Part shown: positions 45,848-55,408 of the stretch, piece after piece
How positions within the stretch are numbered: the stretch's first letter is position 1
Layout: each line of letters opens with the position of its first letter
Virus record (IMG/VR): IMGVR_UViG_3300046542_000332
Coordinates: 20,720 to 84,719 of that record
DNA from: a virus
Length of the DNA: 64,000 nt
Reading direction: 5' to 3' (one strand)
Translations under genes and position numbers: made by a program
The notes under the pieces: generated by a model
Database searches by the model: none
Told to the model about the DNA's origin: nothing
What the model saw: the letters and a program-made list of their open reading frames with translations, nothing else

Positions 45848-46515
45848 GCGGCACACTCCAGCGACGACGCTACGTTGATAATCGGCAGTTGCTGCGCCGC
45901 CTCACGGCACAAACGCATCTGCTCAGGCTCATAGCCCCAAATGTTGCCCGCGCCTATCTGGCGATCGATTCCGAGATAGGCCGGATCGATCCGCTCGCCA
46001 CGCATCACGTAATTGCGCATCTGTAGGACCAGATCACGCAGCGTGCCGCCATGGCTGAACCCTTTCCACTTGCCGGACGCCTTGACCTCGATCATCACCC
46101 CACGCTCGTCATGCAGGTACACGCGCTGCTCAAAGCGCAGGCGCGCCACGCGGTCATGCCGGCGGGAGTAGAAAAAAAACCGTCCATAGCTGGAAATGAC
46201 TTCAATCAGCCGGTTGGCGTACTCACAGCGCAGCAGCTTGGCGAACGGGCTGATGCCGTGATCGACCGTGCCTTCTGCCAACATTGTGGCCACCAGCTGC
46301 TCGCACAGCTCGACGCGGGCGCTATTCATGTCGGTGTTACCGACCGCGCACACCAGCAGCTCGGCCGTGGTGCAGGTCGGCAGGTGCTTGGCGATCAGGC
46401 GCAGCTTGTCGTTGCCGGTGCACAGCCGTGCGGTGAATTCAAAGCGCGGGTTACCCACCATGGCGCCAACCCAATCAGGTTTGCCGGCGGCCGGGATTAG
46501 AGTTTGAACGGTCAT
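45844..46515 (-). CDS. Hypothetical protein
   Basis: ANRLI..IS.YGR.FF, W.GFSHGGTLR.LV, NIWGY. Confidence 0.75.
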   Translation of the reverse strand: MTVQTLIPAAGKPDWVGAMVGNPRFEFTARLCTGNDKLRLIAKHLPTCTTAELLVCAVGNTDMNSARVELCEQLVATMLAEGTVDHGISPFAKLLRCEYANRLIEVISSYGRFFFYSRRHDRVARLRFEQRVYLHDERGVMIEVKASGKWKGFSHGGTLRDLVLQMRNYVMRGERIDPAYLGIDRQIGAGNIWGYEPEQMRLCREAAQQLPIINVASSLECAA

Positions 46516-46516
46516 A

Positions 46517-46873
46517 TCAGTGAACCTCCGGATGGATAGAGCGCCCTGCGTAGGGCTGCAAGCGTTCCGCGATCATGCTGGCCACCTGAATCAGGCCGGG
46601 GCGCTTACTGGTCGGCGCCTTGCCAATAACGCTGTTGCCTTCAAGGGACTCGACCAGCAATGCAATGGCGGCCGGGCTTGGGTTGATTGCTTTCCCGGAT
46701 TTCAGATCCTCGGTCAGCGCGCGGGCGGTGTCGGCCCAGCGCTCCAGATCAAAATCAGCGGGAGGGTTGATGTCGTACAGGTCAGCCAGGATTTCAGGGC
46801 AGGCCAGGAAGCGCATGCGGTGCGCTAACAGGTCCGCCGACATCCGGCTGAACATGAGTGGGAGGGTGGGCAT
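46517..46873 (-). CDS. Hypothetical protein
   Basis: 118 aa first gene of operon. Confidence 0.65.
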   Translation of the reverse strand: MPTLPLMFSRMSADLLAHRMRFLACPEILADLYDINPPADFDLERWADTARALTEDLKSGKAINPSPAAIALLVESLEGNSVIGKAPTSKRPGLIQVASMIAERLQPYAGRSIHPEVH

Positions 46874-47009
46874 ATCGGTTTATCTCTGGCGTTTTGGTGA
46901 AGACGCAAGATTATCATTATGCCCTGAACTTCATAAAGCATTATTTGAATAAAACTTATGGATGGCGTCCGGGGATTGTCATTTATCCCCGGACATCAGA
47001 TTGAACCTT

Positions 47010-47450
47010 TTACACAAGGCCGGTATGGCCAAACCCGCCAGCGCCACGGTCTGAGGCCGTGTTGAACTCTGCAACCTCGACCAGCTCAGTCCCGAAGAAC
47101 GACGGGGAAACGCGGGTAACGATCACCATCTGCGCGATTCTATCCCCCGCCTTAATTTCAAGCCGCTCAGGGCCGTGGTTGATCAGGATCACTTTGACTT
47201 CCCCCTGATAACCGCCGTCGACCAGCCCGGCCAACACGTCGATGCCGTACTGATCCGCCAGCCCGCTGCGCGGCCAGATCTGCGCACCCTGGTCTGCCAG
47301 GAACTCATAGGCGAAGCCGGTAGGCAGCGTGACGCGCTTACCGGGCTCCAACATGACGGACTGAGTGGTGCGCAGGTCATAACCGAAGTCGCGGGCCTTG
47401 GTGCGCTCAGGCAGTGGCAGGCTGTGTTTTCCGATACGCTTGATGTTCAT
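47010..47450 (-). CDS. dut: dUTPase
   Basis: GYDL, PRSGLA, GLVDGGYQGE, GDRIAQ, RGAGGFGHTG. Confidence 0.97.
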   Translation of the reverse strand: MNIKRIGKHSLPLPERTKARDFGYDLRTTQSVMLEPGKRVTLPTGFAYEFLADQGAQIWPRSGLADQYGIDVLAGLVDGGYQGEVKVILINHGPERLEIKAGDRIAQMVIVTRVSPSFFGTELVEVAEFNTASDRGAGGFGHTGLV

Positions 47451-47650
47451 TGGGTCTTGTCCTTGTTCTTGCGGCCCGCCCGGTGCGAGCCGTTGAGTGG
47501 TTCCTGGCCCTTGGACAGCGGCCAGTAGATGAGCTTGCGGCAGTCGTTGCAGCGCTTGTGGTTGAGCGATGCGAATTCAACCAGGTGGGTGCTACCGCAC
47601 CGGCAAGACTTGGTGGTCTTGGTGACCACCTTGTCCTCTGTACTCAGCAT
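47447..47650 (-). CDS. Small zinc-finger protein
   Basis: CRCGS...KRCNDC...WPL. Confidence 0.6.
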   Translation of the reverse strand: MLSTEDKVVTKTTKSCRCGSTHLVEFASLNHKRCNDCRKLIYWPLSKGQEPLNGSHRAGRKNKDKTQ

Positions 47651-48057
47651 GCAATGGCCTCTGTCGATTCGTGGTTGCTCTGTTCCCAAGCCGTCACCAG
47701 CGCCCGCACGCCATCCGGTACCGCACGGCCGGAGGCGTCAACGAGCTGCACGCACATACCCACCAGCGAGATTTCGGTGCCGTACTCCGCAATCCAACGC
47801 GCCTTGTGGCCGTGGACCGCCAGCATGTTGGGGCGCTGGCCGTAACCGTTCTGGTGGTGGCCAGCGCACAGCGGCAGCACAAAGTAATGGGCATGGGGCT
47901 TGGTGCGGCCGTCACAGTGGTGGATCGAAACGTGGGCCTGCTCGGAAAAGTCCCGAGGGAAGCCGTCCAACAGGCAGCAGATGCAACCGCAAATGTCCGC
48001 TACGTCGTTGAACCATTGGTTTTGGGCTTTGGTTGGGTTTTTACCTGAATGGCGCAT
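47644..48057 (-). CDS. ref: Ref-family recombination enhancement (HNH) nuclease
   Basis: GCICC, IHHCDGRTKP.AH..VLPLCAGHHQ, YGTE. Confidence 0.8.
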   Translation of the reverse strand: MRHSGKNPTKAQNQWFNDVADICGCICCLLDGFPRDFSEQAHVSIHHCDGRTKPHAHYFVLPLCAGHHQNGYGQRPNMLAVHGHKARWIAEYGTEISLVGMCVQLVDASGRAVPDGVRALVTAWEQSNHESTEAIAC

Positions 48058-48103
48058 GGTTGTTTTCTCTCTGGCGATTGAGTGTTTTGGTGTTACAGGT
48101 GAA

Positions 48104-49054
48104 TCACTTGCTCGGTATGCCCACGCGAGTTTTAAGCGCGCTCAGGGCTGCGGCGCCGGCCGAGGCTGGCGACGGTATGGATTTGGTGTTTTCGTTCGCC
48201 TGGGGCGCTGAGGCGCTGACCTGTTCCGCTTTCTGCACGGCCACCGCCGCCTTGTCCGCCCGCTTTTTGCTTTGCTCAGCTTCCACGACCTTGGCTTTGT
48301 AGGCTTCGCAGTGCTTCAAAAAGACGGTGACAGGGTGGAACTTGTCGACAATGGACGGGGCTTTCTCGTGCTTGACGTAGTGAGTCGCAGCGGCTGGCGT
48401 GGCGTCTTGGATGCGGGCAACGGCCTTGCCCATGATCCCGGCCACCGTGACGTTGTAGGTCGGCCATTGCTTGTACCGCTCACGGAATGCCACGGCATAC
48501 GCTCGCCAGGCGGCAAAGATCTTGCTGGCCGGGCCCGGGTATTCCCTTGGGTAATCAGCGGGTAGCGCTGGGTCGATATCGGCGGCCGGCTCCGGATCGG
48601 TCTTTGCGTCCAGGGGGTCGGCGGTAGGTTTTATATCTGAAGTACTCTCTGTTGTATTCTCTGTATGCACGAAATGCGCTTTCGCTAACCCCCCAATTGC
48701 GCTTTCCGCATTTCGGGGAATGCGCTTATCGACAATGGCGAGTAACAGGGCATCAAATGCTTCTAAATCAAGGTGATAGTAGATTTTGTGCTCAAGGCGC
48801 TTATGGGTCTCCCTGATCAATCCCATCTGTACCAGCGTCTTTCTGGCGGACGCCTGCTCGCGATAGGAAAGCCCGGTTTCTTCCTCCCATTCTTCGCAGG
48901 ATTTATAGACGCCGAGGTCGTTATGCGCCTTGTCGGACCAGTAGAACAGCTGGCACAGGAACAGGGTCGCCTTCACGCCGCCTACATGAGGTGCAAGGCG
49001 TGGGTAGTAGGCGATGGGGCGCCCAAGGCCGCGCAATATCTCTGACGGGCTCAC
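48104..49054 (-). CDS. Phage replication initiator (winged-HTH N-terminus)
   Basis: RPIAYYP.LA...G...A.LFL.QL.YW, YKS.EEWEEETGLS.REQ..AR..L. Confidence 0.8.
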   Translation of the reverse strand: MSPSEILRGLGRPIAYYPRLAPHVGGVKATLFLCQLFYWSDKAHNDLGVYKSCEEWEEETGLSYREQASARKTLVQMGLIRETHKRLEHKIYYHLDLEAFDALLLAIVDKRIPRNAESAIGGLAKAHFVHTENTTESTSDIKPTADPLDAKTDPEPAADIDPALPADYPREYPGPASKIFAAWRAYAVAFRERYKQWPTYNVTVAGIMGKAVARIQDATPAAATHYVKHEKAPSIVDKFHPVTVFLKHCEAYKAKVVEAEQSKKRADKAAVAVQKAEQVSASAPQANENTKSIPSPASAGAAALSALKTRVGIPSK

Positions 49055-49317
49055 AGGGACACCTCAGCCAGACCGACAGAGGGTCCGTATCCAGCCTTGA
49101 TGATTTCACTCAGGACAGCGGCCGCATCCTTCTTTCCGAACTTCTTCGCGTTGCTGCCGGACATTTTGATCAGCAGCTCTATGGTGATCGGTTCGTCTGG
49201 ATGTGCGACTGCATAGGCCAGAACACCGCGAGCACGCCAGGAAAGGCGCTCGTCTTCGATGATGGCGGTGGGCAGAACGCAGAACTGGGTTTTTCGTGCG
49301 GCGCGAACGATGCTCAT
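49051..49317 (-). CDS. Small HTH replication-associated protein
   Basis: F..LP..IIED.RLSWRARGVL. Confidence 0.75.
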   Translation of the reverse strand: MSIVRAARKTQFCVLPTAIIEDERLSWRARGVLAYAVAHPDEPITIELLIKMSGSNAKKFGKKDAAAVLSEIIKAGYGPSVGLAEVSL

Positions 49318-49461
49318 CGAGCACCCCCTTGAGATTGGATGCTGACGGCAAAATGAACATGCACAGACGGGCGCTGAGGGTCACAGCCATGAGGCCGGCT
49401 CAGCGATACGCCGTTAGTGAATGCTTGAAAAAGGCAGGAAAGTTTGCAGATCCCGAGCCTG

Positions 49462-49470
49462 TGGTATACT
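49462..49470 (+). promoter_or_regulatory. Extended -10 promoter TG-G-TATACT (antisense to replication leader)
   Basis: Embedded in TCCCGAG-N11-CTCGGGA inverted repeat. Confidence 0.5.
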
Positions 49471-49476
49471 CGGGAC

Positions 49477-49619
49477 GTCAACAAAGCAGATCCCCCTGGC
49501 GCCATCTTCCGATAGCACTGGGTAAGCAAGGAAAGCTTACGGATTGATTTGGTAATTTTTGCATCATATCTGTAGTAGAAAAGAACCTATAACCTTGGCG
49601 GGGGCGGGTTCTTTTTTTT
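49477..49619 (+). ncRNA. Candidate ~140-nt antisense RNA
   Basis: Promoter at 49462-49470 and terminal hairpin with TTGGCG loop and T8 tail at 49579-49619. Confidence 0.45.
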
Positions 49620-49756
49620 CGTCTCCAATTTGGTGGGCGATGACGGATCGCCTCAATTCGGCGTGCTGTATACCATAGCTGAAAGCAGAGCGTCTAACAT
49701 TTGCTGCTCCCTATACCTCTTTGATTCTTTGCGCTTTATTTCCCGCAGATACAACA

Positions 49757-50290
49757 TCAAATTGCTGTATTGGCGCTTATTTCGTCATCCTCGGACAACG
49801 TTTCAGCCTCGTCCGGCACCGCCTTTCTTTCGCGCAGCGCCTCGATTACTTGCAGGTACAGCGCCTTCGACACCCCACGCTGCCCGCTGGGCGAATCCAT
49901 GATCTGAGCAATCTTCTTTTTGCTGCGGCCGGCCCATTCCGGGTCGAGTTCGTAGGTGGCCAGCTTGCGCACTAACCGCGTGCCACGGGCCAAAGACGCC
50001 CGTAATTCGCGCTCTGGCAGGGGCTGGTCAAAGAACCCGAAGGGAATGCCAATCTCATATTCGATGCGCCGGGCGAGCTTTTCGGTGATCCCGGTTCGGG
50101 CCTTGCACGCCACACTGATCTGATTTGACAGGGTATGCAGCTCCTTTTCCGGCAAGTGCCGGAACAAGTCCAGGCGCACGCCATCGGTGCGCAGGTCGAC
50201 GTACAGGTAAAAACGGCGCTGACGCTCCAGATAACTGGCTTGCACCGCCTCTTCGTCCGTCACAGCCCCCTCAAAAACTTCAAGATTCAT
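49757..50290 (-). CDS. Putative repressor (HTH)
   Basis: ITEKLARRIEYEIGIPFGFFDQP resembles the end of CI/XRE HTH domains; divergent from ssb with operator copies between them. Confidence 0.6.
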   Translation of the reverse strand: MNLEVFEGAVTDEEAVQASYLERQRRFYLYVDLRTDGVRLDLFRHLPEKELHTLSNQISVACKARTGITEKLARRIEYEIGIPFGFFDQPLPERELRASLARGTRLVRKLATYELDPEWAGRSKKKIAQIMDSPSGQRGVSKALYLQVIEALRERKAVPDEAETLSEDDEISANTAI

Positions 50291-50312
50291 TGCGTCACAG
50301 CCTTAATTCATT

Positions 50313-50430
50313 CGTATAGGGCTAGATACTAAACCATGTATACATAAATGCGCTGTATTAAATTCCAATTAGGCATTATCTTATGCGCCAAGCACGGGTT
50401 TTTACGCCCGAACCACGTATAGGGATACAT
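50313..50430 (+). promoter_or_regulatory. Divergent control region with two operator-like copies (CGTATAGGGCTA 50313-50324; CGTATAGGGATAC 50416-50428)
   Basis: Matches the GTATAGGGATA repeat; AT-rich. Confidence 0.65.
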
Positions 50431-50445
50431 CAGGAGGGGGCTTTT

Positions 50446-50967
50446 ATGGCTCGCGGAGTCAACAAAGTGATCTTGGTGGGGACGGTGGGGCAAGACCCTG
50501 AAACTCGATACCTACCTAACGGCAATGCAGTCACAAACCTGAGCCTGGCCACCAGCGAGCAGTGGACCGACAAGCAGACCGGCCAGAAGGTTGAGAAAAC
50601 CGAATGGCACCGGGTGTCGATGTTCGGCAAGGTCGCGGAAATCGCGGGTGAGTACCTGCGCAAAGGCGCTCAGGTCTATATCGAGGGCAAGCTCCAGACC
50701 CGCGAGTGGGAAAAAGACGGTATCAAGCGCTACACCACCGAAATCGTGGTGGACATGCAAGGCACCATGCAGCTGCTCGGCGGGCGCCGCGATGGCGACC
50801 AACAGGGCCAGCAACAGCAACAACAGCGTCCCAATCAGAACCAGGCCGCCCGCCAGCCGGCGCCGCGCCCACAACAGAATCAGCAGGGCACCCAAGGCCC
50901 GAATCAAGACCCGCTAGAAGATGATGATATTCCGTTCGAACCCCTGCCCTATCTGGCCGGCGCCTAA
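50446..50967 (+). CDS. ssb: Single-stranded DNA-binding protein
   Basis: [12 protein letters not shown]...TEWHRV...DDDIPF. Confidence 0.97.
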   Translation: MARGVNKVILVGTVGQDPETRYLPNGNAVTNLSLATSEQWTDKQTGQKVEKTEWHRVSMFGKVAEIAGEYLRKGAQVYIEGKLQTREWEKDGIKRYTTEIVVDMQGTMQLLGGRRDGDQQGQQQQQQRPNQNQAARQPAPRPQQNQQGTQGPNQDPLEDDDIPFEPLPYLAGA

Positions 50968-51018
50968 CTCACCGTGGGCCACTCGGCCCACAGCTGCCCT
51001 ACCTCACTAAGGACAACC

Positions 51019-51936
51019 ATGTTTTTCAAGAACCTGCTGGTCTACCGCCTCACCCAAACCCTGCCTGTCGATGCCGAGGCGCTGCAAACTGCGCTGGCCA
51101 CCAAGCTGGCGCGCCCGACCGCTACCCAAGAATTCAACACCTACGGCTTTGCAGCCCCGTTCGGCAATGGCGAGGACGCACCGCTGGTACATCACAGCAA
51201 CGGCTTCATGCTGATCGCCGCCCGCAAGGAAGAGCGCATTTTGCCCGGTAACGTCGTGCGTGACGCGGTGAAGGAAAAGGTCGAGGAAATCGAGGCCGAT
51301 CAAGGGCGCAAGGTTTTCAGGAAGGAACGCGACCAGATCAAGGATGAAATCATTCAGGCCTTCTTGCCTCGGGCGTTCGTGCGCCGCTCGGCCACATTCG
51401 CCGCCATCGATCCGGCAGCCGGCTTGATCCTGGTCAACAGCGCCTCACCGGCCCGCGCCGAGGATCTGCTGTCTACCCTGCGCGAAGTGCTCGGCACGCT
51501 CCCTGTTCGCCCGCTAACGGTCAAGATCAGCCCGGCCGCCAGCATGACGGATTGGGTTAAGACCAAGGCACCCGATGATTTCTTCGTGCTCGATCACTGC
51601 GAGCTGCGCGACACCCACGAGGACGGCGGCACTGTGCGGTGCAAGCGCCAGGATCTGACCAGCGAAGAGATTCAGCTGCACCTGAGCACCGGCAAGCTGG
51701 TCACTCAGGTAGGCATGGCGTACCAGGACAAGCTGTCGTTTGTGCTCGATGACCGTATGGGCATCAAGGGCATCAAGTTTGAGGACATCTTGACCGACCA
51801 GGCCGAAGCGGACGGCGGCGACGATGCGCTGGGCCAGCTCGATGCTGGATTTGTCCTGATGATGCTGACCTTCCGTAAGTTCCTGCCCGCGTTGTTCGAA
51901 GCGCTTGGCGGTGAGGAAGTGCCACAAGGCATCTGA
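51019..51936 (+). CDS. rdgC: Recombination-associated protein RdgC
   Basis: [31 protein letters not shown]. Confidence 0.96.
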   Translation: MFFKNLLVYRLTQTLPVDAEALQTALATKLARPTATQEFNTYGFAAPFGNGEDAPLVHHSNGFMLIAARKEERILPGNVVRDAVKEKVEEIEADQGRKVFRKERDQIKDEIIQAFLPRAFVRRSATFAAIDPAAGLILVNSASPARAEDLLSTLREVLGTLPVRPLTVKISPAASMTDWVKTKAPDDFFVLDHCELRDTHEDGGTVRCKRQDLTSEEIQLHLSTGKLVTQVGMAYQDKLSFVLDDRMGIKGIKFEDILTDQAEADGGDDALGQLDAGFVLMMLTFRKFLPALFEALGGEEVPQGI

Positions 51937-51949
51937 CCAAACGGCAAAC

Positions 51950-51992
51950 GAAAAAAAACCGCGACGGGGCTCTACTGCCCGCGCGGTTTCTT
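51950..51992 (+). terminator. Bidirectional terminator-like hairpin
   Basis: AAACCGCG...CGCGGTTT flanked by A/T runs. Confidence 0.6.
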
Positions 51993-52063
51993 CCCACTTA
52001 AATCGCCAGAGATAAGTCGCCCGGATTCTACGCAAGGGCGCCAGTTATGCAAGGGATCACCCG

Positions 52064-52327
52064 ATGAATGTCAATTTCAATGGCCGCGCCAGTCGCACCC
52101 AAGGTAAGCAGCCCAAAAAACCGGTGCGCTGGTCGGGGCGATTTCTGGTGGTCGATGCGCAGGGTAACGCCCGCGAGGCGGAATGGTTGCCCAACAGCGG
52201 CGCCCTGATGACTTACACCGAGGCGCGGGAGGCGGCATTGAACCTGATCGACTCGCTTAATTCGATGCTCTACGCCGAACACAACCAACCGATCAAGAAA
52301 GTCACTTTCAACTTGGTGAGCCGCTGA
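52064..52327 (+). CDS. Hypothetical protein
   Basis: 87 aa ORF. Confidence 0.6.
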   Translation: MNVNFNGRASRTQGKQPKKPVRWSGRFLVVDAQGNAREAEWLPNSGALMTYTEAREAALNLIDSLNSMLYAEHNQPIKKVTFNLVSR

Positions 52328-52752
52328 TGAAACATCAACGAGTAGTAACAGAGGCCGATTTTCGGCAGCCCGAGTTCCGTACCGCCAAGGTTGAGGACTA
52401 CGAATTCGACAACGCCGGGCGCCCGGTGCGCAAAGATCGGTGGGAGACAGCCATTCGTTCGATGTTGGGCGCGGTGGGGCTGTCGGCCCGCGAGCCCTTC
52501 GAAGTGTCCCAAGTGGTCGAGGCAGTGCGCGCCATGGCCAAAGAGCGCGACAGCTGGGAAACCGAGGACTTGCCCGAGCACAGCGGGCTGCTCGACGTGA
52601 AGCTCAGCGACGGCAGCATGCTTGTAGGCGTGACCTACATTTCCCAAAACCACTACCCCACTTGGCAACACATCACGCTGAACATCGGCCCTGATTCGTC
52701 TCTCCAAGTCGTCGCCTGGCGTACATCGGCGCCGGCGGCACCCCATGAGTGA
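52327..52752 (+). CDS. Hypothetical protein
   Basis: DFRQPEFR.AK.EDYEF...G..VRKDRWE. Confidence 0.7.
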   Translation: MKHQRVVTEADFRQPEFRTAKVEDYEFDNAGRPVRKDRWETAIRSMLGAVGLSAREPFEVSQVVEAVRAMAKERDSWETEDLPEHSGLLDVKLSDGSMLVGVTYISQNHYPTWQHITLNIGPDSSLQVVAWRTSAPAAPHE

Positions 52753-53248
52753 TGTCGCCCTATCCCGCGCCAATGACGGGAATTCCGACTTTTCGTTAAA
52801 GAAAATGGCCTTTACGCCTGAAATCAGCGCCAAAGTGCAAAGCGGATCGGTGAAAGTGGTCATCGTGCCATTCGATCCGCAACCGGTGATCGATGACCAG
52901 GCGCTGGCCTCCTGCGGCCTGAGCCTCGACGATGCGATAGGGCTGATGGGGGCCGTGCGCCTGGCTTTCCGGGTGGGCCTGATCAGCCGCGATATCGCCC
53001 CGATCCAGCAGGGCCACGCTTTCGAACTGCTGCAAGAGCTGCCACCGCAACGGCTGGCGCGCTTCGGTACCGGGCGAGTCATACGCCTGGACATCGCACG
53101 CTTTGCCGACCTCGGAATGCACGATTTGCGGTCGTGTGGCTATACCACCAAGGTCGAATTCCAAACCTACTGGGCACGCAGTCACCCCGACACCCCGGCG
53201 GAAGCCAACCCGTGGTGCTGGCTCATTCAATTCGAATTCAAGGGATAA
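52745..53248 (+). CDS. ASCH-like protein
   Basis: MAFTPE....VQSG.., C-terminal F..YW......ANPWCWLIQF. Confidence 0.6.
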   Translation: MSDVALSRANDGNSDFSLKKMAFTPEISAKVQSGSVKVVIVPFDPQPVIDDQALASCGLSLDDAIGLMGAVRLAFRVGLISRDIAPIQQGHAFELLQELPPQRLARFGTGRVIRLDIARFADLGMHDLRSCGYTTKVEFQTYWARSHPDTPAEANPWCWLIQFEFKG

Positions 53249-53252
53249 ACAT

Positions 53253-53597
53253 ATGCTGTCAATTGCCGCAATCGTCCTATGTTTGGCGCTGACGTTTTGC
53301 TACCGCGCCTTAAACCCGGCGCATCACCCCGTGCCGACCATTGCCAAACGGGTCCGGGTAGCATTGGGCGCCGTGATCATGATCCTGTCCGTGACCACCG
53401 GCTACCTGCTCCCGGTAGAGGTCGGCGACGGCCTGTCAGTAATGGCATATCGCCAGCAACAGCAGCAAGAGACGAGAATGGAGCGACGAATGGCCGCCGA
53501 AAAGCGCCATGTCACTCAAATGATTGAGATTTTCGGCGGCACAGAGGGATATTTGACGTACTTAAGCGGTAAAACCTCGCAAAAACAGCCTTTCTGA
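53253..53597 (+). CDS. Membrane protein
   Basis: Two hydrophobic helices. Confidence 0.65.
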   Translation: MLSIAAIVLCLALTFCYRALNPAHHPVPTIAKRVRVALGAVIMILSVTTGYLLPVEVGDGLSVMAYRQQQQQETRMERRMAAEKRHVTQMIEIFGGTEGYLTYLSGKTSQKQPF

Positions 53598-53904
53598 TCC
53601 GACCACTCGTCGGAAACGCCTTACCCCCCTCCAACAAAGCCCCAGCCCCTGCCTACAAACCTTCTAGGGTTTGATGTGGGGGCAAGTGTGGGACCGCCAC
53701 CCCCCTCTTATGCCAAAAGCCTTTCCTTGTTGGGGTTTACGGCCAGCCGTTCGGGGATACCATATCCCCCGTACTTTCAGCACTATCTGAAAGAACGGCT
53801 GTCTCTAAACCCTATGAATCTCAAATCTGTCTAGCCACACCCAGCAATTGATACTCAACACATGGATAGCGTTTCAAAAAAACTGCGCATAAAAGGTAAG
53901 TAAA
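53598..53904. other. Candidate attP region
   Basis: 300-nt gap 5' of integrase; tandem TGTGGG repeats at 53675 and 53687 resembling arm-type sites; GGGGATA-CCA-TATCCCC palindrome. Confidence 0.4.
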
Positions 53905-55116
53905 ATGGCTCTCACGCAGAAAGTGATCCAAAACATCACCATTCCGGCGACGTACACGGATAAAAATGGTTTATCCCTGCGCGTCACCAAGACTGGTGCA
54001 AAATCCTGGATATTCCGCTACCAGCTCGACGGCCAACGCCACGACATGGGCCTGGGCTCGTTCCCACTCGTGTCGCTGGCGGAAGCTCGGGCCAAGTGCC
54101 TGGAATTACGCGTCCAGATCAATAACGGTCAGGATCCGCTGGCGCAAAAACACCAGCAAGCCAAGCAGGCCATTACCTTTCAAGACGAAGCCCTGGAGCG
54201 CATCGAGCGCTACAAACACGGCTGGTCAGAAAAGCACGCCGCACAGTGGTTTTCCTCGCTGCGCGACCACGTATTCCCGAAAATCGGCCTGATGCCGGTG
54301 AGCGACGTCGACACCGATGCAGTGATGTCGGTCCTGGAGCCAATTTGGCGTGAATTGCCAGAATCGGCCCGGCGCGTGCGCAACCGCATCGAGCTGATTC
54401 TCGACTTCGCCAAGACGCGCGGTAACCGTACCGGCGATAACCCGGCGCGCTGGCGCGGACACCTGCAAAACATTCTGTCGCAGGCGATCCCGGAACCCGC
54501 GCACCTGGAGTCGATGCCGTACTCCCGCCTACCGGCATTTATGGAGAAGTTAGAGGGCGATACCACCCGCGCCGCGCGCTGCCTTCAATTCGTAATATTG
54601 ACAGCTTGTCGCAGTGGCGAAGCCATGGGCGCAACATGGGATGAAATCGACTTCGAAACCAAAACCTGGAACATTCCGGCCGAGCGCATGAAAAACCGCC
54701 TGCCGCACCAGATCCCGCTCAGCGATGCCGCCATGGCAGTGCTCAAAGACGTGCACACCCGTGGCAAGAGCAACCTGATTTTCCCCAATCGCACCTTTGA
54801 GTCGATCATGGCCAACAACGCCATGCGTAGGGTACTGATTAAATACGGGGAGAGCGCCACGCCGCACGGCTTTCGCTCGACGTTCCGGATGTGGGCAGCT
54901 GAGAAAACCAAGTTCCCGTCGGACTTGTGCGAGGTTGCGCTATCCCACTCGGTGGGTAATGCCACCACGCGCGCCTACAACCGAGGCAATCTGCTGGAGC
55001 GCCGCCGCCCACTGATGGAACGTTGGGGCAAGTACGTGATGGAACGCAGCACGCCGCCACAGCGTATTGAAAAACGCAGCCGTCCGGAACAGTCCATGGC
55101 CAGCGCCCACGCCTAA
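53905..55116 (+). CDS. int: Tyrosine integrase, P4-like with arm-binding domain
   Basis: GL.LRV...GAKSW.FRY, LGSFP.VSLAEAR; catalytic R(ACRSGE)-K(MKN)-HGFR-H(LSH)-Y(AYNR). Confidence 0.95.
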   Translation: MALTQKVIQNITIPATYTDKNGLSLRVTKTGAKSWIFRYQLDGQRHDMGLGSFPLVSLAEARAKCLELRVQINNGQDPLAQKHQQAKQAITFQDEALERIERYKHGWSEKHAAQWFSSLRDHVFPKIGLMPVSDVDTDAVMSVLEPIWRELPESARRVRNRIELILDFAKTRGNRTGDNPARWRGHLQNILSQAIPEPAHLESMPYSRLPAFMEKLEGDTTRAARCLQFVILTACRSGEAMGATWDEIDFETKTWNIPAERMKNRLPHQIPLSDAAMAVLKDVHTRGKSNLIFPNRTFESIMANNAMRRVLIKYGESATPHGFRSTFRMWAAEKTKFPSDLCEVALSHSVGNATTRAYNRGNLLERRRPLMERWGKYVMERSTPPQRIEKRSRPEQSMASAHA

Positions 55117-55141
55117 CCAGGCAAGGGCGCTGGCCGCCTGG

Positions 55142-55408
55142 TCATTGACAGGCGGATGACGCGGCTAACAGTTCGATTTCGTAGCCGATGCGCTGATTGC
55201 GCTCGGCCAGCAAGGCGCGCACCTTCACCTCAAGCGGGTCGGACTTTTTCAGTCCGTCGGCCGCAAAGGTGGGTACCGTCACGCGTGCTGTTCGGCAAGG
55301 GACCAGCACCGGCACTTCGACGCGCACGGTTCTCACCTCGGCCGCTTTCCCGGCGCAGCCCACCAGTGCCAGCGCTATCAGCGCGCCCAAAAAAACTCGA
55401 GTTTTCAT
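55142..55408 (-). CDS. Outer-membrane spanin (o-spanin lipoprotein)
   Basis: MKTRVFLGALIALALVGC lipobox; VEVPV.VPC; KVRALLAER.QRIGYE. Confidence 0.8.
   Translation of the reverse strand: MKTRVFLGALIALALVGCAGKAAEVRTVRVEVPVLVPCRTARVTVPTFAADGLKKSDPLEVKVRALLAERNQRIGYEIELLAASSACQ

Noticed and set aside
49443-49448. TGCAAA hits at 49443-49448 and 32622-32627
   Set aside because: No -10-like hexamer at the 30-nt spacing, so not counted as late promoters
49314-49529. 71-aa minus-strand ORF in the replication leader
   Set aside because: TTG start with no RBS or recognisable features; the region is better explained as regulatory, though a leader peptide cannot be excluded
50352-50367. Possible LexA box CTGTATTAAATTCCAA upstream of ssb
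   Set aside because: Lacks the terminal CAG; single weak match
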